From contig VEQR01000002.1 of assembly GCA_018883125.1 (NCBI GenBank), forward strand, positions 20,023 through 84,022: 64,000 nt of DNA. Reading direction: 5' to 3'. Below the pieces are notes generated by a model. That model was not told the origin of the DNA. It ran no database searches and was given only the letters and a program-made list of their open reading frames with translations. Positions within the stretch are counted from its first letter, which is position 1. Each line of letters begins with the position of its first letter. This document shows, piece after piece, positions 40,301-48,386 of the stretch. Made by a program: the position numbers and the translations under genes. The DNA comes from Candidatus Kapaibacterium sp. (lineage in GTDB: Bacteria > Bacteroidota > Ignavibacteria > Kapaibacteriales > Kapaibacteriaceae).

Positions 40301-42352
40301 AGCAAAACGATCAGGCTCCGGATCTCGGCAACGTCGGCCGGTCAGATCAATGGAACCTACAACATCACGGGAACTCCATGTTCGTGGACCGCACCGGGTA
40401 AGTACACGGCAAAGAAGGATCAGCTGACGGCATCGATTTCTCCGGGCGTGGTGTCATTCGGTGCGAGTGTGGTCTGCGACGCAGCAGAAAAGCTTGATAC
40501 AGCGGTGATCACCAATAGCGGCAAGGTAGATCTTATCGTGAAGCCCGCCGCTGCAACAGCCCCCTTTGCGCTCGTCTCTCCTACGGCTGAGGTAACACTC
40601 AAGCCAGGTGAGCGTCGCGACGTTATCTTCAGGTACACACCGACTGTTGGAGTTCATAGCTCCGATATTGTCTTTGGGTACGAATCCGGCCCATGCAAGG
40701 ACTCTCTCCGAGTCCGCCTGAATGCTATCACCAGCGAGGTAACAGCCGCTGTTACGCCAGCCACGATCAACGGTGGAACTCTCTCCGGTTGCGAGAACCA
40801 AAAGGACACATCGATCACGATCGACAACACGTCGAACGTTGCCATTTCGGTAACCCTACCCACAGATGCGGAGATCGTCTACTCGCCGGCAGGTCCGATC
40901 GACATCGCTGCAAAATCCTCTGTGCAGGTTGCCGTGTCTCTGCGTCCGGGAACAGCCGGACTCTTCAGCCGTACACATGACCTGACGATCGAACCGTGTA
41001 AGGCCAAGACAAGCGTATCCTACACGATACAAAAGAATGGCATCGCATTCACGACACCATCAACTGTTGATTTCGGCGAGTTCTCAGCCTGTGTGCCGGG
41101 AACATCGACGCAGCGTAGCGCTTCTCTGTCGTTCGATGGCTCGGGAACAGCAACGATAAAGTCTGTTGCGACTGGACCACGCATTACCACCTCATTGACG
41201 AACGGTCAAGCACTTACATCGGGTCAGGCAGCACCGTTCACAGTCACGTGGACCCCTGCTGCAGATGGTCCGCTGGTGGACAGCATTGTTGTGACATTTG
41301 ACCCGTGCGACGTTCGCCGAGTGATCCGTGTAAGCGGCACACGCACAAGCATTGCTCTTCGGTCAGACAATCCAACGGTCGCTCTTGGCGCAATCACGGG
41401 CACAGCTTCCGGCAAGGTGAAGTATACCAACACCGGAACCGACACCATCTTCGTTGGTGTCTCCTCCAAGAGTGTCGGAACAGCCGTTGACGCTGCCGTG
41501 CCGGGTCCGCTGGTAGGCGTACTGCCGGGTGCTGAAGTCTCGGTTGACTTTACGACCGCCTGTAGGGACCGAACGTCCATCAGTGACACGCTCGAGTGTA
41601 TCGTCCTACTCCCCTGCGCCGGCGTCACGGCTCAGTCGGTGATCACGGCATCCTGCGCCAAAACAACCGTTGTCAGCAGTACGATCTCTATCGACACTGT
41701 CAGTAAGAAGATCGGCGAACAGTTCGTTGTGCCGATCCGCATTCGTTCATCACAGGGACTCAATGCAGCCGGGGCCAGCTCATGGCGCGCAACGGTCAGC
41801 TACGATCCATCGGTGATCGTTGGCCGGGCGAACACCACCGACTGTTGGCTGCCGAACAACGTTGGGCCATGTTCTATCACCATTCAGGGTACACGTGGCA
41901 CCGATACGGTTGGAACGCTCTTCGCACTGAACTATACCGCAGTGCTTGGTTCCACTGACCGCTCGGCTTTAACGCTCACCGACTTCCAATGGATAGGTGT
42001 GCAAGGCGCAACGATCGAAAAGCGGAACGGCTTGGTGACCATCAGTGATATCTGTCGCGAGGGCGGTGATCGCTACCTCGTCGGCAAGGCCAATGGCTAC
42101 GGCGTGCGTGTGTACCCAACGCCGGCAACATCGGATGTCACTATCGATGTGAAGGGGCTTGGCACGGATCAGCTTCGCTGGACCCTGTGCAACATGCTGG
42201 GAGAAGTCATTGCTGATGGCATTGGCCGGGCTGATGCCTCCGGTTCTCTGCAGGTAAGCATCGACGTGAGCGCCTTCGGCGCAGGCACATATACGATCAC
42301 CACGGCCGCGCGTGGCGATGTTCAGTACCTACCATTTGTCATTCAACGATAA
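37340..42352 (+). CDS. Giant secreted protein (1670 aa): SBBP-like beta-propeller repeats, Pro-rich linker, PKD/Ig-like and choice-of-anchor-D-like domains, cohesin-like module, T9SS C-terminal domain
   Basis: The ATG at 37340 gives MRTAMTTLLRRAAPLAVFILVGLILPALAG. SBBP-like repeats are present (DGYVAKF..G...W.TYYGG). The linker reads PKPPAPPPAPPPPLPPP. Many units of about 100 aa start V.FG....C. The cohesin-like segment reads IGEQFVVPIRIRSS...ATVSYDPSV. The sorting tail reads VRVYPTPATSDV...GTYTITTAARGDVQYLPFVIQR. Confidence 0.75.
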   Translation: MRTAMTTLLRRAAPLAVFILVGLILPALAGTPRNMPSPGGPVAFERNVGQARYDNGQSGRHVDAVLRLGSTMAYIHASGLDIMQQAVHRLPSRNQYEQDVEVDIVRADMRLIASNPDPRVEFLQPQPGTVRYITAQTGVEGVVAQRYGTLVYHDVWPGVDMRLYLTHLGLKYDFLVHPGADPSQIAFRYDGTEQPSLDEDGNLLVKTALGSLDEQAPVVFTSDAAGLSRTPVGSRYSVSGSSIRFRIEDYDRSKILVIDPQRVWATYYGGNASFESVYTAVDPSGSVILAGTTLATNMPSIAGALQRRLKAGMDGYVAKFNENGVFQWHTYYGGSLIDRLHDVTTDGKGNIWTCGQSDSKDRPEVSNGLLGSSPLGDPDSVQGADAIVLKLAPDGKWSDSWEVWGRENDIATGIAVSATKVAIVGYTRSPRLGGLFGEAPWRKDSSNFGSNFDMFVSVVKLKTPPSPTRPEQWVHDYLIFYGGAGDDLGGKIGFDKQSNVIFSGYGYSANFPVTDGSTYKGMEDIYVVKFGPTANRIWASMFGSTVDEDLGDLAVDSKGDVVVVGTTYGADLPTSSPIKAAKAGITDGFIRKYTSAGTVAWSTYYGGDSADAVRGVAMDRADNIWIAGSTARSLNIPVTADAIQATPYVTSVNGSLAGTDGFVGKLNPAGSAVLYGSYLGAPPQDTLPKPPAPPPAPPPPLPPPNTDFGTDELFDVATDNNAYVVFTGRSTTYRMTTTNGAFQDSSGLAKDTVRANAYVTLFSQCKDSIITIIPNGPATLCDVETRQLVGPKGFARYRWSNGDTTQTTIARDSGSYTLLCTTTDGCRYRDTIYIGRNPKPSVSAGRDTSVCIRSSIALTATPSGGTAPYRFKWNRVETGQEFIDDDTLKSPNVNPGTTSRYEVTVTDSAGCSSKDTVLVTVTDPKPTIGPATVDFGTIDGCASSAEVDVAVFNPQAYEVRITGFVPDDPRLSLLTSVSPGIVIPPGASKTIRLRISATSAGQINGTYNITGTPCSWTAPGKYTAKKDQLTASISPGVVSFGASVVCDAAEKLDTAVITNSGKVDLIVKPAAATAPFALVSPTAEVTLKPGERRDVIFRYTPTVGVHSSDIVFGYESGPCKDSLRVRLNAITSEVTAAVTPATINGGTLSGCENQKDTSITIDNTSNVAISVTLPTDAEIVYSPAGPIDIAAKSSVQVAVSLRPGTAGLFSRTHDLTIEPCKAKTSVSYTIQKNGIAFTTPSTVDFGEFSACVPGTSTQRSASLSFDGSGTATIKSVATGPRITTSLTNGQALTSGQAAPFTVTWTPAADGPLVDSIVVTFDPCDVRRVIRVSGTRTSIALRSDNPTVALGAITGTASGKVKYTNTGTDTIFVGVSSKSVGTAVDAAVPGPLVGVLPGAEVSVDFTTACRDRTSISDTLECIVLLPCAGVTAQSVITASCAKTTVVSSTISIDTVSKKIGEQFVVPIRIRSSQGLNAAGASSWRATVSYDPSVIVGRANTTDCWLPNNVGPCSITIQGTRGTDTVGTLFALNYTAVLGSTDRSALTLTDFQWIGVQGATIEKRNGLVTISDICREGGDRYLVGKANGYGVRVYPTPATSDVTIDVKGLGTDQLRWTLCNMLGEVIADGIGRADASGSLQVSIDVSAFGAGTYTITTAARGDVQYLPFVIQR

Positions 42353-42370
42353 CCGACCGAGGAACCACCC

Positions 42371-43195
42371 ATGACACACCGTCTGCTTGCTGTTCTTGCT
42401 GTGCTCTCCCTCGGTACAGGCTCTGCTCTGGCCCAGGAATCTCTCTCCAAAGAACGTCCAAAACCTGCCCCGAAAAAGGCTCCGGTCCTGATCTCAAAGC
42501 GCGTCATGTCCGTAGGAGCTCATGCCTCCTATGGTATCATGATGAACGGCGTTTCGGCCTTCAAGCTGCCGTCCGTGCCATCGTGCTGTCCGGGCTATGA
42601 ATCAACATCCGGATCGGGGATGGTCTTCGGAGCCGAGATCGCGATCCCTATGTCGGAGACCATTGACATTGGCGGACGCTTGGTTTACCAATCAAGCTCC
42701 ACGGACTTCACCGCTGCAGAGCCCATCACCGTCCGGGCCGGAAATGGCGTTCTGGTGTCTGCCATCAATCACTCGTTCAAGACAACTACGAGCTTTCTCA
42801 TGATCGAGCCGGTGGCCAGCTTCAAACTTGGAGGCGGACTCTCAATGATGGCAGGACTGCGCGTTGGAACAACGCTTGGTGGCACGTACGATCAGCAGGA
42901 GTCGCTGGCCGATCCTTCGATCCCCTATGACTTCTCGTCCGGATCGGGACTCAACAACGTGAAGGCCGGTGATATTCCCAACACCAGCGGACTGCAGGCC
43001 GGTGTGCTGCTTGGAGTGCGCTATGGCGTAGCGCTGTCGGGCGGACTCTCCCTGATGCCGGAGGTCACCTACTCGCCGATGTTCACCGATGTTGTCACCG
43101 ATGCCTCGTGGACCATCTCGCCCCTTCGCATCGGCGTCGGCATTCTGTTCGACATCATGAGCACAGAAACAGCGTCAACCCCGATACAGCCGTAA
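42371..43195 (+). CDS. Small outer-membrane beta-barrel protein, CC-x-YE motif family (paralog of 6720..7478)
   Basis: 274 aa. Signal peptide MTHRLLAVLAVLSLGTGSALAQE. The motifs PSCCPGYESTSGSG and the C-terminal WTISPLRIGVGILFDI are present. It starts 18 nt after the giant cargo gene stop, with a GAGG Shine-Dalgarno-like element. Confidence 0.6.
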   Translation: MTHRLLAVLAVLSLGTGSALAQESLSKERPKPAPKKAPVLISKRVMSVGAHASYGIMMNGVSAFKLPSVPSCCPGYESTSGSGMVFGAEIAIPMSETIDIGGRLVYQSSSTDFTAAEPITVRAGNGVLVSAINHSFKTTTSFLMIEPVASFKLGGGLSMMAGLRVGTTLGGTYDQQESLADPSIPYDFSSGSGLNNVKAGDIPNTSGLQAGVLLGVRYGVALSGGLSLMPEVTYSPMFTDVVTDASWTISPLRIGVGILFDIMSTETASTPIQP

Positions 43196-43206
43196 GTTTG
43201 TTGGCT

Positions 43207-44775
43207 ATGGCCAACATCCACGACGAATGCCTGCGACGGCGAACCGTTGCCATCATCAGCCACCCTGATGCCGGCAAGACAACCATGACGGAAAAGCTTC
43301 TTCTCTATTCCGGTGCGATCCACAAGGCCGGAGCAGTGACAGGGGGCAAGCACAGTTCCACCACGTCGGACTGGATGGAGATCGAGCAGCAGCGCGGAAT
43401 CTCGGTGTCCTCCAGTGCCATGCGCGTGGACTACGATGGAATTCTGCTGAATATCCTCGACACTCCGGGGCACCAGGATTTCTCCGAAGACACCTATCGC
43501 ACGCTGATGGCCGTCGATTCGGCCATCATGCTCCTGGACGCTGGCCGTGGTGTGCAGGAACAGACCATCAAGCTGTTCAAGGTCTGCCGTGACCGGGGAA
43601 TCCCCATCATCACCTTCATGAACAAGATGGACCGTCCGGCCCGCGACCCGCTGGAGCTCTTGGACGAGGTGGAGCAGGTGCTCGGGATCTCGGCGATTCC
43701 TCGGACGTGGCCGATCGGAGACGGCCCGGATTTCCGAGGCATCTACGACCGCCAGTCCGGTGAGTTCTTCGAGTTTGAACGCACAGTTGGTAATCGGTAC
43801 AAGGCCCCTGTGAGCGTTGGTGATATCCGAGGACAAGAACTGCGATCGGCTATCGGAGAGAACGCTCACGACAAGCTTCTTGAAGACCTTGAATTTATTG
43901 ATCATGTGATCCCCGAGTTTGACACCAAAGCGTTCCTCACGGAGAAATGCACACCGGTGTTCTGGGGTTCGGCAATCACCAACTTCGGTATTGAGCATTT
44001 TCTCCGATCGATTCTTGCACTTGCACCGACGCCACAACCCTATGCGATGTCTACCGGAACGATCGAACCGGAAAGCAACGAGTTTGTTGGCTTTGTCTAC
44101 AAGGTGCAGGCCAACATGAATAAAGCGCACCGCGATCGTATCTCGTTTGTGCGCATTGTTAGCGGGACGTTCTCGCGGGGTATGACGGCAATGCACCCGC
44201 GAACGGGTAAGGAAACAAAGCTCACCTATCCGTTCGAGATCTTCGGGCGGGAACGCAAGATCATTGACGAGGCCTACCCCGGAGATGTGATCGGGCTTAC
44301 CAACCCTGGTCTGTTCCAGGTGGGCGATACCCTGACGGAGCGCACGGCAGCTACCTTGCCGTCGTTCCCCCGCTTTGCCCCGGAGATCTTTGCCAAGGTC
44401 TGGCCTGCCGCAGGATCGTTCTCGAAGTCTTTTCGCAAAGGAATTGATCAGCTCCGCGAAGAAGGGGTGATCCAGATCTTCACCGAGGCCGACGGGAGCC
44501 CCGTTCCGCTTGTTGGCGTTGTCGGTGAGCTGCAAATGGAGCTTTTTTCGTGGCGCATGGAGAACGAATACAACGAGCGCATTCGCCTCGAACGTCAGCC
44601 CTACACACGAGCACGCTGGATCATTGGCTCCACCCGTCCGGCAACATCGGCACCCGTGGTGCTTGACGATCACGACCGCGCCGTGGTGCTCTTCAAAAGT
44701 GACTGGGAGATCGACTACACGATTCAGCGCTCAGAAGGTCTTGAGCTGTCGGAGAAGCCCCCTGTGATGGCCTGA
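43207..44775 (+). CDS. prfC: Peptide chain release factor 3
   Basis: The ATG at 43207 gives MANIHDECLRRRTVAIISHPDAGKTT. The G-domain motifs DTPGHQDF and NKMD are present, and the length (~522 aa) fits RF3. Confidence 0.92.
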   Translation: MANIHDECLRRRTVAIISHPDAGKTTMTEKLLLYSGAIHKAGAVTGGKHSSTTSDWMEIEQQRGISVSSSAMRVDYDGILLNILDTPGHQDFSEDTYRTLMAVDSAIMLLDAGRGVQEQTIKLFKVCRDRGIPIITFMNKMDRPARDPLELLDEVEQVLGISAIPRTWPIGDGPDFRGIYDRQSGEFFEFERTVGNRYKAPVSVGDIRGQELRSAIGENAHDKLLEDLEFIDHVIPEFDTKAFLTEKCTPVFWGSAITNFGIEHFLRSILALAPTPQPYAMSTGTIEPESNEFVGFVYKVQANMNKAHRDRISFVRIVSGTFSRGMTAMHPRTGKETKLTYPFEIFGRERKIIDEAYPGDVIGLTNPGLFQVGDTLTERTAATLPSFPRFAPEIFAKVWPAAGSFSKSFRKGIDQLREEGVIQIFTEADGSPVPLVGVVGELQMELFSWRMENEYNERIRLERQPYTRARWIIGSTRPATSAPVVLDDHDRAVVLFKSDWEIDYTIQRSEGLELSEKPPVMA

Positions 44776-44828
44776 GACATTCGCAGGGAATTGCGTATTG
44801 TAGGGCTTTGTAACTCATGTGACGGTCC

Positions 44829-47800
44829 ATGACGATAGCTCTTCGACGAATAACTGTCAGCATGCTTCTGCTGTGCACGATCTGTGCAGCACAGAGTCTT
44901 GCGCAGACATCGATCGGTGGCATCGTCAACGACTATACTCGTGTACTGCTTGCGGAGACCGTCAACTGTCGCTCTCGACTCCTTGTTGATTCAGTGGCCT
45001 CGTTTTCCGTAGGGGACCTCGTCCTTGTCATGCAGATGCAGGGGTGCACCGGAGCAACGGGTTATGACGTTTCAGCCGTTGGCCGCTGTGAGTTCGCAAC
45101 GATCGACACGATCGTGGGTACCGAGTTCCGATTGGAGTTTCCCCTTGAGAACACCTATTCCAACTGCGGCATGATCCAGCTGGTTCGGGTTCCCGTCTAC
45201 CGCTCTGCCAGCGTCACCACGCCCCTTACCGGACGTCCTTGGGATGGACGTGTTGGCGGCATCGTCGTGATTGACGTTCGCGGAACTCTGGCGCTTCGTG
45301 CCGACGTGAGAGCCGACACACTTGGTTTTCGTGGTGGTGCCATTTGGCAAGGGGGCGGAACATGCTCCACGATGGTAGATGACGATGTGATCAACAGTGC
45401 AAATTCCGCAGCCAAAGGCGAGACATTTGTACGCCCACTGCCAACGATGGTCGCTGGAGGCCGCGCGCTCTTCAGTGGTGGCGGTGGCGGACGTGGGCAC
45501 AACTCCGGTGGCGGTGGCGGCGGCAATGGCGGCGTGGGTGGACGGGGCGGAAGTCAGTGGGAAGGATGCGGCTCCTTCTTTGATAACGGCGGACGTCCGG
45601 GCGATCGCTACCCACCGGTCCTGAATGGGAAGCCCCTTCCTCGCTTCGGTAGTGGCGGCGGTGCCGGTCAGATGAACAACGGCAACGGTACGGGTGGTGG
45701 ACGCGGCGGCGGTATTGTGATCATCAGGTGCGATACACTCATTGGCAATCAGCGAGTTGTTTCTGCCAATGGTGGCTCTCCGTTACGCGTTGGGCTAAAC
45801 GACGGCGCCGGTGGTGGCGGTGCCGGTGGAACGGTCTTGATCGTGTCACCTGTGGTAACGGGTCCAGTTGCGGTACTCGCACTCGGAGGTGCTGGCGGAG
45901 ATCTCAACACCGGCGGGCTGCATGGTCCCGGCGGCGGTGGTGGTGGTGGGTGTTTCATCACATCCGAACAGCTTTCTCCGAATAATCTCACGTACACGCT
46001 CGCAGGCGGTACTAACGGAAGGAATCAAGCGTTCACCGACGTTCGGAACTCGGTGTACCTGGCAGAAGGTGGTCAGCCCGGAGGCGTGGGATTCCGTGCT
46101 CCCGTGCCGGAGAACCGCACACCACCGCCGCCGATAGAGGTTACGGCGGTTGCGAGCTATACGGTGTGTTATGGTGATTCCATCGTCCTTGACTGCAGTG
46201 TAATCGGACGGGCCGACACCATTCTTTGGACAACAACTCGTGGCAAGCTCATCGGACGCACCAAGCGATCAGGACTGCGCGGCATTGTTTCCGACACTTT
46301 CGTCGTCAAGGCCATCGGACCCACGGGATGTTGGGCGCTAGATACGGTCGTGGTGACGGTTCGTGATCCGTGGAACGTCCGCCTTGACACTCTCGATTTG
46401 GGTGTTTTGCGGTGTAGCGCACCGATAGACACGTTCATTACCCTGCGCAATCGAACAACACGCACAGCACCGATCAGCCGTTGGATGGTGAGCGACAGTG
46501 CGTTTATTCAACTGCTCACTAGCACCGACTCGGTCAGCGCTCGAGATAGCTTCCAGGTGAGACTCCTTGTTTCGCCCGGTGACCGCCAAGGTCGGCAGGT
46601 GAGTACGATCACGGCAGTGGTGAGTCCATGCGACTCCGCCATCATCGCCGTAGTCTCATGGACACGTCAGGACCGACAGATCGATATGCGTCCTGATACG
46701 GTCATCATGCCGATGATCGAGACGTGCACCACAACTTCTGAGGAAGTCACGATCGCCGTTCGATTTACTGGAGCGGACGTTGTCGTGGAAGACCTCCTGA
46801 CGGATAGCGTAGCTTCTGCGTCGATCGCGCTACCTCGGCCTCTCGCTAGTGGTGATACGATGATGGTGCGCGTGGTATGGTCACCATCACGAGTGGCCGC
46901 AACCGGACGTCTGGGCTTCGTCATCCGTGACAGTGCCTGTCTCGATACATTCTGGATGACGGTGACCGGAAAGGTGAAAGCTCCATTCCTCATTGCTCCA
47001 ACAACCGTCCAAGCAGATACTCTTACGTTGTGTGAGGATTCCGTTCTTACGGTTCGCGTTCCGTTGATCGCTGATACCACAACCGCATGGATCGTCGACT
47101 CGATAGACGTTGTCGGCCCGGGCTCTGCTTCGATTGTACGGGGCGACTCAATTCGTGGCCTCGATACGATCATCGTCAAGGCGCGCCCTGGCGTTAGTGG
47201 CCCCTACCAAATCGCCCTTCGAATGAGGTTACTGCCATGCGACACGGTCGTAACGATCCTTATCAATGGCGTCGCACGTGATGCGTCGATCAGATCATCT
47301 CCGTCACTGACCTTTACCGAGCGTATCATTGGAAGAAGACAAGTCCTCGTTGCGTCATACGTGAACACTGGCACAACGCCGTGTGCACTTCGCGTGGTGC
47401 AGACGCCGCGGGCACCGTTCCGCATTCTGCGCATTACACCCGTACTACCAATGGAGATCGGCATTGGCGACTCCGTGACGATTGAGGTTGAGTATCGACA
47501 GTCGTTTGGGGAGTTTACCGACAGCGTGGTCCTTGAGCGCGTTGCTCCGTGTCCGACGCTGCTGACGACGCTTCTCAATGGTGAAGGCAAGGCCATAACG
47601 CGCCTGCGCATTCCTGACGTCACCGCAAAGACGGGTCAAGTTGTGGACGTTCCTGTGTTGATGGTCGGACGCCCGGACATCGACGCTGCACTGCTCGACA
47701 CCTTCTCGGTCCGCTATGCCTGGAAAACCAGTGAGGCCAGCGTTGAGCCTGGCTCTGATGCTCGATCGAGCTGGACACTTCTGCCGCGTGGAGATTCCAC

Positions 47801-48278
47801 GGTTGCGGACATTGTTGGCCGGTGGGACGGAACCGACACTTTGGCGGTGATCCCAATGCGCTCCCTACTCTCCCTCTCTCCTTCCACTGATCTCGTATTT
47901 GACCGAACTCCCGGCTTTCTCTGGACGGGACAGCAAAGCGACGTGCAATACGATGACGGCTCGCTTCTGATTGATGAGGTCTGCGCCGGACGACGCCTTC
48001 GTGCAGTCGGATTTGATGAAGCTGCGCGCCCCGTTATTCAACCATCACCGCTGCAAGATGTGATGCAGATACACCTACCAAGAACCGTCACGGGTGCAAC
48101 AACTATCATCGTCAGCGATGCCGTTGGCAGAGCTGTTCTTCAACACACAATTAGCGTGATTCCAGAGAACCAAAGCACACCGCTATTGATTGATGTCAGC
48201 TCCCTTGCGGCGGGCATCTACTTCGTCCACATAGAAACCACCAAAGGTTCCGCTGATCTACCTGTTGTGGTGAGATAA
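44829..48278 (+). CDS. Giant secreted protein (1149 aa) with a Gly-rich predicted beta-helical domain, Ig-like domains, a cohesin-like module and a T9SS C-terminal domain
   Basis: Signal peptide MTIALRRITVSMLLLCTICAAQSLAQ. The Gly-rich region runs GFRGG...GGGGGRGHNSGGGGGGNGGVGGRGG...GGGGGGGCF. The cohesin-like segment reads KTGQVVDVPVLMVG...FSVRYAW. The sorting tail reads AAGIYFVHIETTKGSADLPVVVR. Confidence 0.75.
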   Translation: MTIALRRITVSMLLLCTICAAQSLAQTSIGGIVNDYTRVLLAETVNCRSRLLVDSVASFSVGDLVLVMQMQGCTGATGYDVSAVGRCEFATIDTIVGTEFRLEFPLENTYSNCGMIQLVRVPVYRSASVTTPLTGRPWDGRVGGIVVIDVRGTLALRADVRADTLGFRGGAIWQGGGTCSTMVDDDVINSANSAAKGETFVRPLPTMVAGGRALFSGGGGGRGHNSGGGGGGNGGVGGRGGSQWEGCGSFFDNGGRPGDRYPPVLNGKPLPRFGSGGGAGQMNNGNGTGGGRGGGIVIIRCDTLIGNQRVVSANGGSPLRVGLNDGAGGGGAGGTVLIVSPVVTGPVAVLALGGAGGDLNTGGLHGPGGGGGGGCFITSEQLSPNNLTYTLAGGTNGRNQAFTDVRNSVYLAEGGQPGGVGFRAPVPENRTPPPPIEVTAVASYTVCYGDSIVLDCSVIGRADTILWTTTRGKLIGRTKRSGLRGIVSDTFVVKAIGPTGCWALDTVVVTVRDPWNVRLDTLDLGVLRCSAPIDTFITLRNRTTRTAPISRWMVSDSAFIQLLTSTDSVSARDSFQVRLLVSPGDRQGRQVSTITAVVSPCDSAIIAVVSWTRQDRQIDMRPDTVIMPMIETCTTTSEEVTIAVRFTGADVVVEDLLTDSVASASIALPRPLASGDTMMVRVVWSPSRVAATGRLGFVIRDSACLDTFWMTVTGKVKAPFLIAPTTVQADTLTLCEDSVLTVRVPLIADTTTAWIVDSIDVVGPGSASIVRGDSIRGLDTIIVKARPGVSGPYQIALRMRLLPCDTVVTILINGVARDASIRSSPSLTFTERIIGRRQVLVASYVNTGTTPCALRVVQTPRAPFRILRITPVLPMEIGIGDSVTIEVEYRQSFGEFTDSVVLERVAPCPTLLTTLLNGEGKAITRLRIPDVTAKTGQVVDVPVLMVGRPDIDAALLDTFSVRYAWKTSEASVEPGSDARSSWTLLPRGDSTVADIVGRWDGTDTLAVIPMRSLLSLSPSTDLVFDRTPGFLWTGQQSDVQYDDGSLLIDEVCAGRRLRAVGFDEAARPVIQPSPLQDVMQIHLPRTVTGATTIIVSDAVGRAVLQHTISVIPENQSTPLLIDVSSLAAGIYFVHIETTKGSADLPVVVR

Positions 48279-48286
48279 GTCAGGCG

Positions 48287-48328
48287 TTGGGTTTTGGGTT
48301 TTGGGTTTTAGGTTATAGGTTATGGGTT
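48287..48328. repeat. Six tandem copies of a 7-bp unit (TTGGGTT x3, TTAGGTT, ATAGGTT, ATGGGTT)
   Basis: Read directly from the sequence: ttgggtt ttgggtt ttgggtt ttaggtt ataggtt atgggtt. The array lies in the convergent intergenic gap between the 1149-aa cargo gene stop (48278) and the pirin stop (48387). Confidence 0.9.
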
Positions 48329-48386
48329 GAATCTCGAAGCGACCCAATGGGAATACCCAAGTCTGGAATGTATCTCACTGCGAGTG

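Noticed and set aside
43069-44673. 534-aa ORF on the minus strand
   Set aside because: It lies entirely antisense to prfC, which has unmistakable GTPase motifs. Its composition is Arg/Gly/His-rich with no motifs. This is a typical shadow ORF in GC-rich DNA.
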